Origin: Octopus sinensis
Lineage: Eukaryota
Length of the DNA stretch: 64,000 nucleotides
Direction of reading: 5' to 3'
NCBI RefSeq assembly: GCF_006345805.1
Contig: NC_043006.1
Span: 4,278,001 to 4,342,000, forward strand
Positions 11,971-26,600 of the stretch are shown here, in pieces. A model generated the notes under the pieces. It was not told the DNA's origin. It worked only from the letters and a program-made list of their open reading frames with translations, and did not search any database. The number at the start of each line of letters is the position of its first letter. Positions within the stretch are counted from its first letter, which is position 1. A program made the position numbers and the translations under genes.

Positions 11971-13010
11971 AAACTTAGATAAAACTTAGATATGTTTCGA
12001 CCAGAGATTGGTCCAGGCCATGTCTAACTTAATAGCACCACCTGATAGGATTATTCGAATCCTGTTTAAGTCAAGTTATATTCAAGTAGTGAGTTCTTGT
12101 TGGGTGAGTTGTATCCAGTTTTGTTCAAGTAGTGAGTTCTTGTTGGGTGAGTTGTATCCAATTATGGGTGGCTTATCTGGTATTCTTTGAAGGAATCTAT
12201 CCAGACTCTGTTTGAAGTTGATGGGATCCTTTTCCTCTTTGATCTCCCTCGGGACAATGTTAAATAGGGCAGGGCCTGTTGAGGAAAAGAAATTATGTTG
12301 CAGTGTACGTGTATGTTGTGATCTTGAATTTGGCAGGGGACGTATAGCCCGTGGTCCAAGTCTTGGATGAATCTTGAAGCTAATGTTTAGGTCGTTTGGG
12401 CAAAGTTGGCGGTATATTTTCCACATCGTACAAATGATGTACCGCTCACGGCGACGCTGGAGGGAGTAAAGTTTCAATGCTTTAAGGCGATCCCAATAAT
12501 CGAGAGCAGCCATGCCTTCAATTTGTTTAGTGAGAGCCCTCTGGGGTGACTCAATTCTGGAGATGTTTTGTCTTGTGTGAGGAGACCACAGTGGGCAGCA
12601 GTATTCAAGGTGTGGCCGTACAAAGGAGGAAAAAAGTGGTATGATGACACCTTGTTCTCTGGACCGGAAAGTTCTTAAGATCCAGGAACTCATCCTACGA
12701 GCTATATCGACCTTCTTGTTGATGTGTGCACTCCAACTGAGATCGTCATCAACAATTACACCCAGGTCTCTGATACTGTTAGAGGCTGTGAGCGTTTCCC
12801 CTGAAGGAAGAGAGTATGGTTGTTTTAGTGAGGAATTTCTTCCAAAATGCATCAGCTCAAATTTTCCCTCATTCAGTTGCATTTTGTTTCTGTCTGCCCA
12901 TTGACTCACAGCATATAGATCAGACTGGAGTTGAGTTCGGTCTGCTTCTTCATTGACGATTTGCTGGAGCTTAGTGTCATCAGCGAATATTTTCACGTTA
13001 GCATATGTCA
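11971..13010 (-). mobile_element. 5'-truncated CR1-like LINE (RT C-terminal half), second family
   Basis: ORF 12082-13017 (FADD, RPHLEYC, YSLQRRRERY). The 3' end GGTGGTGCTATTAAGTTAGACATGGCCTGG plus (TCTAAGTT) tail is shared with the element ending at 30912. Confidence 0.92.
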
Positions 13011-13019
13011 GGTGCATAC

Positions 13020-13392
13020 AATTGACAACACAGTTAATTAAGATTTATTCAGTGAGTTCTATTCAACACATGTTTACACGTGAAATTAGAAGAATCGTTA
13101 TTAATTTTAGATGGCTCGCAGGCTAGGTGAACAAATTAGTGAGAGAGTTAAACTGGCAATACTTCTACGCTACCAGCAAATTAAAGATGGGGTCGCAAAT
13201 GAAACAGTGAGTGATCTTTGCAAGGCCTTTCAAATTGACCGCAATATACCAGCGCGAATTTACAAAAATGCAACTCTTCGTAGAACAATAACAGCCAAAA
13301 CAATAAATTTTGTGTTTATTTTTGTTTCATAATATATATTTTTTCGGATACAGCCAGACTTTTCACACAGAAAACGGGAAACCACCCCTATA
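13020..13392 (+). mobile_element. Internally deleted Tc1/mariner-like DNA transposon fragment
   Basis: ORF 13111-13332 looks like an N-terminal HTH (VSDLCKAFQIDRNIPARIY); right end GGGAAACCACCCC followed by TATA is TIR-like. Left end not seen. Confidence 0.4.
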
Positions 13393-13441
13393 CGCCTTAT
13401 GAAGTAATGTTGACTAACATAATTAGTTATTTTATACTTAC

Positions 13442-13492
13442 CAACTGAGTCTGCCAACATCTGGACTTCCCTCTTCGATGAATGCCGACCAA
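13442..13492 (-). CDS. 51-nt phase-1/1 exon
   Basis: atatttttcag|TT...GTTG|gtaagt; (V)GRHSSKREVQMLADSV, open frame; intron flanks homologous to those of the exons at 5360 and 7689. Confidence 0.7.
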
Positions 13493-13943
13493 CTGAAAAA
13501 TATATTTCCAAATTTAAGACTTTGTAGTAAAGTTTCTTTCTCCTTATTTATGATCTATATTTTATTGTTATGAGGGAGTATTCGTCAACTGGTGACCAAG
13601 AGACTTTTGGACAACATTTTCATAATTTCTACAGCGAGTAATGTTTCAATATTTAAGCCCACAAAGGAATAGACTAAACTTACCAAACCTCTGTCTCTTA
13701 AGGCATCCAACAATTCTAACAACGCTGTAATTATCTCATTTAATTATCACCTGATATGTTTTACTCTTAGTTCTTAGTTTTGTATTGTTTTTCATATATT
13801 TGTGCTAAATCTGCGACAAAAACATTGTCATTTCACCTCTAGACATCTCTAATCAACATTCGTCTCATATTCTGCTTAATTCCAATGTCAACCAAGTTGT
13901 GAATCGAAGATCCAGCCTCGACCACGACACACAACTTCAAGAT

Positions 13944-14017
<74 letters not shown>

Positions 14018-14083
14018 ACATATATATATATATTATATATATATACACACACACGCACATATATATATATATATATTATATAT

Positions 14084-14166
<83 letters not shown>

Positions 14167-14260
14167 TTATTATTTGAGGGAATAAAACCAAACTTACAAG
14201 GAAAAAGAAATCAATTTAGAAATACTAAATCAAATTCCACACAATATAATATATATATAA

Positions 14261-14414
14261 AATATTAGAAAAGAACCACCTTTTATCAATTCAAAATGAA
14301 TAATTAAATTACACCATCTAGAAAATTACATATAATAGAAAAGTTGAAATTAAAATAGATGGTGTAATTCAATTATTCATTTTGAATTGATAAAAGGTGA
14401 TTTTTTCTAATATT
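14261..14414. repeat. Inverted repeat, ~60-bp arms, 35-bp spacer
   Basis: 14261-14320 is the near reverse complement of 14356-14414; embedded in (TA)n. Confidence 0.85.
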
Positions 14415-15227
14415 ATATATATATATACACCTGCTCTCTTTGTTATTGGTTACTACTAGTAATCTTAAATTTTAATTACCCATATCACAGTTCTCCAGAA
14501 TGTAATCAGATGTGGAGAAATATTTGAAAATATTTCAATGTCATTTATCCTCCTGAATAAAGCAGGTCGAACAGAAAGTGACATCAGGTCTAACAGGAAG
14601 TGATATCTCGTGTCCTAAATTAACATACTACATTCACACAAAACCTCATTAACGACATAAAACTTGTCATCCACACATTATTGCTGTGAAAATATTTGAA
14701 ACGGTTCAGAAGAACTGATACTCAGGAATACTAATCTATACATCAATCAAAGTTTCCCACCCTTTTGATGTCCCCTCTCTAATGTTGGTCTCTAAACCCT
14801 CAGTTGAGATTTTCTTATTGAATCTCCTACTTTATAAAGGCTCACTCTGATATTCAATTAAGTGTAGTTGTTTTTAATTACAAACTTCCAGAGCTATTGG
14901 TAAATCATTAATCACTCTAATCACTCATAATCAACAGTAAAACGTAGGCATTTACTGAGATTTATTGATTTATTGATATTTAGTCACCATTTTTAATTCA
15001 GTATCCTTTATTATTTATTCTTATGTTGCAGAAAGTAACCATCTTGAAGCGTGACAAAGTTTTCTAATTGGACAAAGTTTAGTGGGTGAAGTGGGAGATA
15101 TGGTATCACAAAGACACCTGGAACATATTTTACCAAAAGTCTGCTGGATCTACACAACAACATGAAATACAATATTCCACACCATAAAGCCCATGAGACA
15201 AACAGACAGATCATACAGTATTCTTAC

Positions 15228-15370
15228 CCAAACTATTTTTGCCTGTTATATTCTGTCCACACATAGGGCATCATTTAGGTATCTTTCGGATAGAGCATTT
15301 CTTACATAACAAAAGATGTTTACACGGAAGAAACTTCTCTGTGGCCACTTCGTCTTCACAAAACACACAT
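15228..15370 (-). CDS. RING-HC finger exon with premature TGA
   Basis: ttcttcctcag|A TGT...TTG G|gtaag; CVFCEDEVATEKFLPCKHLLLCKKCSIRKIPK*CPMCGQNITGKNSL has complete C3HC4 spacing. Confidence 0.88.
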
Positions 15371-15524
15371 CTGAGGAAGAAGAATATAAACACAGCACTT
15401 CAATAACATTCATTTATAACAAATATAAATTTGTGTACATACTCAGAGTACAAAATATCATGAGACATAACAATTAAACAATTACATACAGGGAAATATT
15501 TATGTGTTTACAAGTGCTATGCAG

Positions 15525-15562
<38 letters not shown>

Positions 15563-15714
15563 CAACACAAATAAAATATTAATAAACATATTAGGCGCAG
15601 GAGTGGTTGTGTGGTAAGTAGCTTTCTTGGGCAAGTGTCTTCTTCTATAGCCTCAGGCCAACCAAAGCCTTGTGAGTGGATTTGGTAGACGGAAACTGAA
15701 AGAAGCCTGTCAAT

Positions 15715-17455
15715 GAATTCTTTACTGATCCTTTTTGGTATTTCTTCCGGAAATTGGTCCAGCCAGAACCTATTTAGGATGTACAATAAATTTTAAGAAA
15801 CGTCTTAGCAATCATCTCTCTTCTTTCAAATTACGTCATAAAGCTGATAGCACCACACTTTCAAGTAAGATCTGGGAACTCAAAAACAATAATGTTAAGT
15901 ATAATCTTGATTGGGAATTAGTTAGAAGAGCGATACCTTATAAAAATAGCAGAGTTGGTTGTCAACTTTGCTCCATGGAAACATTTGAAATACTAATGCA
16001 TAGAAGAAATGATAATTTGTTGAATAACCGGATAGAATTAGGTCCTTCTTGTATCCACGCTAGGATTAAGACTCTTAAATATTTTAAATGATAACCGTAT
16101 ATAAAAATTATTTTGTGATTTGTCTATCCTGCTTATACTAATAAAGCAATACTCTTATATATTATATATTATATATTTAATTAGATAGCTACAATCTCAT
16201 AGGCTATGGTTATTTTCTCTCTAACTGTACCAGGTTTGATACTTAAAGAAATAAATTAGTTGCAAATAGATTTTTATTCTAATAGACTATATAGATAATT
16301 TTAATTAATTCTATCTAATTTTTAATCTATTTTAAGTAAACCAACTTATAGCAAATTAGTTAATTAGACTTCATAGTTATTTTATATACTACTAATAAAT
16401 ATTGCTAATCCCATAAAAATAATATAACGTTTTTTCATTATGAAAAATAACACTCAATCCTTTCTTTTGACCCCTTATTGTAGTCCCAAAGCCTGGCAAT
16501 GTATTAATAGTAACATTAATAAATAATGATAAATTAAATTACCTCCGTTCGAGTATTGCACTGAAATCTGTTAACGTTTTTTTCCTATAGTGACAACCTT
16601 TGACCCCTCTTTACCTTCCCATATCCTTTTTATATAGCAATTAACGACAGTAGGTGGTCTAAATTAACATTCTTCCTTTAAGCTCTTTGATTCTTGCAAA
16701 TTTCTCAATCAGTCAGTTCGTCTCCACTGAAACAAACTATTCTGCGTAGTTGGACATTCACATACCCTTCCCCTCTCAGTTACCCCAATATACCCTATGT
16801 GAAAGACTGTCTCTACGCTTCACTAACCCTCCTTCAACAAATTTAATTCTAACATAGCAGTTTGGAGAAATTCTCAGAAATGTAACCAAAATATCATCAC
16901 ACATCAGGAAACACACTTTATTATGGACTAAATATGGATAAATACATATTCTGTGAGTATGATACCTCTCCTCATATCTCCAGAAATCAAACTTTCTTCA
17001 ATATGGATGGATTTACATCTTCATTTTCATTTTCATTTTCTGGAAAACTAAGAGGTTTTTTAAAATATCTTTTTTAAAAACCCGTTATATGACTGTGCAA
17101 CACTAAAAGAACTTTTAGAAGTCCATTTGTTATCTAAATCTTATTTTTATAGAACTATCCCTGATGTTTCAGGAGTGTAACATCACCCCCTTGGATGTTT
17201 GGAGAACTCAGATGTTTTTTTCGGCTGATGAGTACGGGTCACTTATATTTACTGCAATATTTGTAGCCTTAATAAAGCTATCTTCGTACGAAACAATTGT
17301 ACCGAAATATTGATCCATTCTTGTTGCTTTTTTCTTATTGATAATCACCCCGCATTATCTTATGGTTAACACCATATAGATTTCTGGTGCATCTAAGTTA
17401 AGTACCGCATTCAGGTGAATTCAACAGAACTCAATTGAATCTTAATTGCTTTTAC
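15715..17455 (+). mobile_element. Penelope-like element 3' part (GIY-YIG endonuclease + long 3' region with hammerhead)
   Basis: ORF 15735-16091: YLG...FKKR..NH..SF...ST.LS..IW.LK...W......Y......C.LC..E...LLN.R.E...C.H, a PLE GIY-YIG pattern. Hammerhead motif at 17219-17307. Confidence 0.8.
17219..17307 (+). ncRNA. Type I hammerhead ribozyme motif
   Basis: Stem I TTTCGG/CCGAAA; core CTGATGA (17225-17231); stem II GTACG/CGTAC; GAAA (17290-17293); palindromic stem III ACAATTGT; GUA cleavage triplet. Confidence 0.8.
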
Positions 17456-17458
17456 TAT

Positions 17459-17507
<49 letters not shown>

Positions 17508-17526
17508 TATATATATATGTATGTAT

Positions 17527-17647
17527 ATTTATTATATAGAAGGAGCTTCTACAGGACTAGTACTGTTTCATTCAAGAGAAATCTTCAGGAAGATTTCTCT
17601 TGATGAAACAGTACTAGTCCTGTAGAAGCTCCTTCTATATAATAAAT
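17527..17647. repeat. Near-perfect palindrome (~60-bp arms, 2-nt centre) built from hammerhead-bearing PLE-like ends
   Basis: Arms differ by one indel; minus strand reads CTGAAGA-TTTCTCTTGAAT-GAAAC-AGTACTA-GTC-CTGTAG. Confidence 0.8.
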
Positions 17648-17764
17648 TAATTTTACTCTGCTATGTATTGAGTACCTTACTTACTGTGGTTAACCCCGGA
17701 TCAACCCGGGACCTACATATATGTATGTATATATATATATAATATATATATATATATATACATA

Positions 17765-20245
<2,481 letters not shown>

Positions 20246-20919
20246 ACACTTTCCTTTCTCTTAGGCTACTACTTCTAAATGAGGCTTTGTAGCTTCTATT
20301 AATCTCTCGGCCTGAATAATAAAATCCCACTATGTCTTATATTTTTTCTTATTTTCTAGCACTCTACTAGATTCATATTTATAACACTTATCAGTATGGT
20401 CGATTTCTAGCTATCTACATAACTTCCTCTGGATTATTCTACCCAGCTTATCATGAGTAGTACTCTACCCTTTGATTTACTAAACCTGCATTGTTAATCT
20501 GCCTGATTTTCTTCTATCCTGGCTTTTATCCAAATAGTCCTCAATATCAGACCTTGTGTTATTACTAGCAACAGTTTTGTTTCCCTTTTCAGCCTTGCTT
20601 TGTGAATCCACAGCTTCTCATTATTATTTTCTTCTGAGATTATCTTTGTAAATCTACCGTGCAAAGCCTTCTCTTGCCATTCAGATAATCTTACTTCATT
20701 TTTTAAAAGGTGTTTAACCCCTTTGGTCTTTTGGTTTCCCTATCTCCTACTGTTACACTTGAGGCTCTTTATTTCATCATTGTTACCTGCATATGAGGCT
20801 ATATTTACTATAGCTAACTTCGCAGAGTCGTGTTGTTGTTGTTTTCCTTCTTGTGGCCACCCAAGATTTCTTATGTCCGCCCGATAGATTTTATCTTCCT
20901 CCATTACTATTATATATTC

Positions 20920-21830
20920 GAGGAGCCTTAAATTTTAAAGATTTACCAACTGGGAATCGAAATGGTGAAGTATTTGAAACATTATCGAAAGCAGCAGAAA
21001 AATATACTTTACGTAGTTATGATGGTAAGTGAATGAGATTTCTAGAAGAATCTGCAGGTATTGATGTTTCGCCAATCTTAACTGAGGCGAAGCTATGCAT
21101 AGCTATATGCAGTTGACGCGCTTAAATACCCTGTAGAACTGTATCAGCTGATTGAAAGTACATTCATTGAAGACTTTTAACGAAGCTACTTTAAAATTTC
21201 CTTTAACAATTCATACAGGGAATAGATTTGATATTGTGATTGCATGGTATTAGTTGTACCACATTAGGCTTACCAGACCCAGTTCTTAATTTTCATTCTA
21301 ATGTTCAAACGGATATTTTGGGGGACCGAACTTAAGTTGAGTAGGGAATCAAAAGACTTCAGTTCAGACAAATAGTTGTTTGAGAGAATAGTTGATGCCA
21401 TTTAGAGTGAGGAAGCATTTTTTTTTCGTTTCACTTGCATCTGGTGGGTCTGGGAGAAAACTACGTTTACAATAACAAGGAATAGTATCAAAGGGAACTG
21501 TCTGTGGTTATGTTGAAAAAGTAGATTTGTCTCGCTATGTGACAAATAAATTCGTGAAATGAAAACCCATTCTTCTTAACTGTTGCCAGTAAATATTTCT
21601 GCTGTATAAAGAAGATGGTTGCACTCTTCTATAATTGTTGCTCAGGTTCTATTTAGTAAACTCTTCATGGGGTCTGAGGTTTCGTTCTCACATTATAATA
21701 CTCCAAACGTTCATCACCAGAATATGAGGTGGAATTCCACGTGGATTTTGTTCATTTAACAACTCCACTGGAAAATTTATAGCTCATCTTCATCATTATA
21801 ATGATCATCATCTTGATCATGATAATCTTC
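20920..21830. mobile_element. Old Helitron-like relic plus dispersed repeat
   Basis: Remnant FETLSKAA.KY.L...D.....FLEE resembles RepHel; 21470-21830 recurs inverted at ~39310-39660. Confidence 0.4.
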
Positions 21831-22002
21831 ACAATCCCCCTCCAGCTCATCATATTCGTTACGATCGTCATCAATATCTTTTTCTCAGCATATAGCTAAA
21901 AAATTTATTTCTAAGCTCTTATTATAATTACAAGGACACACACATATATTATATCTATCTATCTATCACTCTATCTATCTATGTATGTAAGCCTCTATCT
22001 AC

Positions 22003-22088
<86 letters not shown>

Positions 22089-22104
22089 TTATCGATCTAT
22101 ATAG

Positions 22105-22176
<72 letters not shown>

Positions 22177-23892
22177 GTACACAACATATATATATACCTA
22201 TGTTAAGATATATATATCTATATATCTGTACATATATCTGTACAAAAAAGATATATACCATCTTACTACCTATTATCTTATCATCTATCGTTGTGTCTTA
22301 TTTATATTTATCTATCTATATTATCTATCTATATATATATATATATATAATATATATATATAATATATATATATATATATCTATACGCCCACATATACAT
22401 ATGTATGTATAATATACTTATACGTATGTATAATATAAAGCTGAGGTTGATGATGATGATGATGATGATTGTTTACCACCATATTGCAGGACTGCGTCGA
22501 TGACATTGCATTAATATTCTGATACATTGTAGTAGTCGGGACACACAAGACAGTGGCAGGTTGTTTAAGTATGTTCTAAATGTTAAGTCAAGTGAAGTAA
22601 ACAACAAAGCTTTGGTCCTAAAATAGTCAACAATCCTCTTCTCCAAATATTTCACACAACTTTCTCTCTGTAAGAAATTAGCATCGTTTGCCTTTTTGTA
22701 TAGTGGTGACACAATAAATCACACACGCATACACATTCATAATACTTACATACATGCATGCATACATACATACATACACACACACACATACATACATACA
22801 TACATACATCAAGCTTACCTGCATACATGCGTACATCCATCCATCTACATATAAATGCAACAAGCTTACACGTCTACATAGATACCAGTGGTTGAGGCAG
22901 GGGTGTTGCCCTAGTTGCCCGGGTAACACCCTTTCTGGCCCATCCGACACCATAAAAAAAAGGTGCCGGGACCAAGGTTTTTCAGAGCATAACTGTTTTA
23001 TATGTTTCTGGTCTGCTACAACATAGAATACATAAAAATGTGTCCATTTGTTACAAATTGCGATTCCCAACCAATATAGTAATTTTTTGGAAACAAAAAA
23101 GATCTTGGGTCCCCACTGCATACACACAGACGCATTCAAACAATCTTAAGCAAACACATATATGCATATTTATATATCGTTTTAGAAGCTTCGAAGAAAC
23201 TATAAGCTCATTCCCAAGCACCCATCTCTGCATGCACTGTAACTACTAGAATCTGCAGTGAGCTTATTGAAGTTAAATACCTAATTCATGTCCTCTAAAA
23301 ACACACACATACACCCAGACAGAAACGCATGCACACAATGACACATAAACAAACACACACATGTTATGGTTGCAACTTCATTCCGAAATATGCCACATTT
23401 GTTTACTCAACGAAGCAGGGACGAGTATCTTTTAGTCCTGTTAGGGATCTAAACACTTTTGCGCAATCAAAGACATACTAACGAAGGAGACTTCCTGCTG
23501 CAGTTTTTGAGAGACTTACCATCTTCCCTGACTCATACCTTTGTTCTCTCATGAAATTTTCAATTTTGTGTTTTGCCGATCGCAGGCTATGTGCCTTGTC
23601 GTTCGAAGACTGCGTTTTGGCTACGTCTGAGGAAAAATAGGAGAGAACCTTTGCACATGGCAATTCCAACTCCCTCCCCAAACAGCCAAAACATTTCTGC
23701 CAAACGAACAACTATTCTACATCATAAGTATTACATAAGAGAGATGTCACAACAAAAGCAGTTATATCGCACTCCCAGCCATTGGATGGCTGTTGATTCT
23801 CCTGTCTTCACCCGGCCTTTGAAATAGTTTGCTTTTCGTCCTGCAGGGAGTTAAACGAAGGGTGTCCACCTTACCCTGTACATACATAAATA

Positions 23893-23970
<78 letters not shown>

Positions 23971-24096
23971 CATACATACATACATACATACATACATACA
24001 TGAACATACATATCTTATATAAAATTTCTGAGAGACATAAACAGTAACAGTACGGAATTGTAAACTATATTTGCCAACTGAATGTGGCGGGCTATA

Positions 24097-24583
24097 CAGG
24101 ACAGTGCTACTGTTCTTTATAGCCCCAGGAAACATCTCCTCCAGCTGAATAACGACACACATTCTGTGCCCGATTAGAATTTGCGAAGGAGGCCATCACT
24201 CCCATCTGTAGCCAAATCACTATATGCTTTTCTCGCGACTCACTGTTGCTGATCTCGTAAAAGAGAGAGATATGTTATATTAAATCTGTATATGTTATAT
24301 TAAATTTAAAATAACATATCTCTCTGTTTTACGAGATTAGCGACTGTGAGTCGCTAGAAAAATATATAATAATTTGCGAGTGGAATGAACTTTCATCACT
24401 TGCTAGTGATTAACACATGCTCGGTGGGAGGGGAGGTAATCACCCAGAAACTTGCATCCGGGTGTATGACGTAAGGCTAGACATGGGAGCGATGACCTCC
24501 CTTGCAAATACTAATCGGACACAGACTGTGTGTCATTAGCCAACTGGAGGAGATGTCTTCCTGGTGCTATAAGCACTGTCCTG
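24097..24583. mobile_element. MITE with long imperfect TIRs, internal hairpin and TA TSD
   Basis: TA|CAGGACAGTGCT...AGCACTGTCCTG|TA; arms ~24097-24207 and ~24481-24583; second inverted repeat ~24228-24288 / 24311-24361. Confidence 0.8.
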
Positions 24584-24869
24584 TATATATGTGTATATAT
24601 ATGTATACAAACACGCAAAAACACACATACATATGTAATTTATATATGTAGTGGAATAGCTGCATAGAAAGGGCCACATAGGTTAAGGGACAGGCTTTGG
24701 AAAGATTGGCAAAAGGGGACTACAAAAGCAACACCATGTTGCAAGAAAGAAGCAACGCAACATTTATATCAAAGAAAGGAATGAGCAGAGTAAGAAGTTT
24801 ATCATTGTTTTAAGACATCAAAGTGAACATCAGAAGTGTGGCATATTCTGAATGGCAAGATTGTTTGGG

Positions 24870-25420
24870 AGAGAAATGAAAGACATTATTGATGAAGATT
24901 CTGTACGGAATAATAATGATACTCTTGTTATTCATGAAATGTAAAGAAAGAAGTGCAGACGTGTTATAATGAGAATTTGTTGGATGAAAAGAATAGAAGA
25001 GGGATAAAGAGTGTAAAGGAAGTTAACCCAGTTGAGGGGACCATCCATCCAAATTTACAGCCGTACAGTGGAGAATGCGATTAAAGATATGAAGGTAGTG
25101 AAGGTATCGGATACGAAATATTCATGGGAGTGGGATGCGGGTTAGTCAGCCCCTAAGTAATTCAACTTGAATAGGAGATTCTTATACCCAGTGACTGCTG
25201 TGGTAATACCATTTTCAACTGCTATAAAAAGCAAAGGTAATGTATTAAAGGAAGAATGCTTGAGGTGTTAAACTGTTGGGGCAAGTTATGAAGGTTACAA
25301 AAAGAATTACATCTCATTTGCTTAGAAAGAGAAAATTAATGTAGACGTGATTTTTGTTTTTATGGTGAGAATAAATACAACTGATGCTGTCTTCTCAGTG
25401 AGTCAAGAGCAGAAATATTC
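24870..25420 (+). mobile_element. Decayed RTE-like LINE RT relic
   Basis: Remnants ENAIKDMK..K.SD, IPSD.C...I...YK.KG and TTDAVF.V.Q.Q. Confidence 0.45.
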
Positions 25421-25744
25421 TGCCCTATTCCTTGTTTATTTAGATAATATACATGTTGTTTCTCAGCTCTGTGATCCGTCTGGTTCAAGAATAAGGGTCA
25501 CAAGAACTAGAGAGTGACAGGAATACTAGCCTCACTCGAACCCGTATATACATTACATCACAGCTAGAATGCTATGTATTTGAAATCCTACAAAAAGAGA
25601 TACAACATTCCTCCTTTTCTCTCCACTAATATTCTAAGTCTCTGTCATAACACTATGCTCTGGGTCACACTCACCCAGGATACATGTATATGTGTGCCTG
25701 AGGGTACATATGTATATCTTTGTGTGATCTACTGATTCAAAGTT

Positions 25745-26077
25745 TCCTCACACAATAGCCAGTTTCAATACTTGGATGGGGGTGTGGACATATTTGTAAG
25801 TATTGAAATAGCCTTTCAAATTTCAGATGCATTTGACTTGACACGGTTATATGAAAAGACTTTTTAAGAGAGGAGCGTTTCTTGGACATTTAAATAAAAG
25901 AAAACTGGTTGTATACATACATGCATACCATAGTCATATATGTATACATATGTACGTGTGTATATATATATATGTGTTTGTGTTTTGTGTATGTGTGTGT
26001 GTATTTGTATATGTGTGTGTGTTTGTGCATGTGGTGTGTGTTTGTGTATGTGCATGTGTATTTGTATGTACACACAG

Positions 26078-26147
<70 letters not shown>

Positions 26148-26400
26148 TATGTATATGTATATGCATATATTATAAAGTTTCTCACCCAATAGCCAGTTTC
26201 AATACTTGGATGGGTGTGGGACATATTTGTAAGTATTGAAATTAGCCTTTCAAATTTCACATGCACTTGACTTGACACGGTTAAATACTTTTCTTGGACA
26301 TTTAAATAAAAGAAAACTGGTTGTATACATACATGCATACACATAGTCATATATGTATACATATGTACGTGTGTATATATATATATGTGTGTGTGTGTGT
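25745..26400 (+). repeat. Local tandem duplication separated by microsatellite
   Basis: 25745-25975 ~ 26180-26390 (CAATAGCCAGTTTCAATACTTGGATGGG...TTCTTGGACATTTAAATAAAAGAAAACTGG). Confidence 0.85.
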
Positions 26401-26568
26401 TTGTGTATGTGTGTGTGTTTGTGTATGTGTGTGTGTTTGTTTATGTGCGTGTGTATTGTATGTATGCATATACAAATATGCATTGCATACGTATATATTT
26501 ATTTATATATTTATATATATATATGCATACATACATATATATACACACAACACACACACAGATATATA

Positions 26569-26600
<32 letters not shown>

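Larger units (their letters stand above)
3532..15370 (-). pseudogene. RING-HC (Mind bomb/IAP-like) + linker + C-terminal Death-domain gene; 5 exons seen, two in-frame TGA codons; N-terminal exons not identified
   Basis: Exons 15370-15228, 13492-13442, 7760-7689, 5431-5360 and 3731-3532 all have pyrimidine-rich AG acceptors; the first four have GT(A/G)AG donors and join in phase 1. Translation gives a RING finger and a Death domain. TGA at 15273-15271 and 5384-5382. Confidence 0.8.

Noticed and set aside
13839-14268. YIYIYI-type and similar ORFs here and at ~11.8k, 18.6k, 22k, 26k, 31.7k, 33.3k, 48.8k and 50-52k
   Set aside because: Translations of stop-free (TA)n, (CA)n, (GATA)n and (TAA)n microsatellites.
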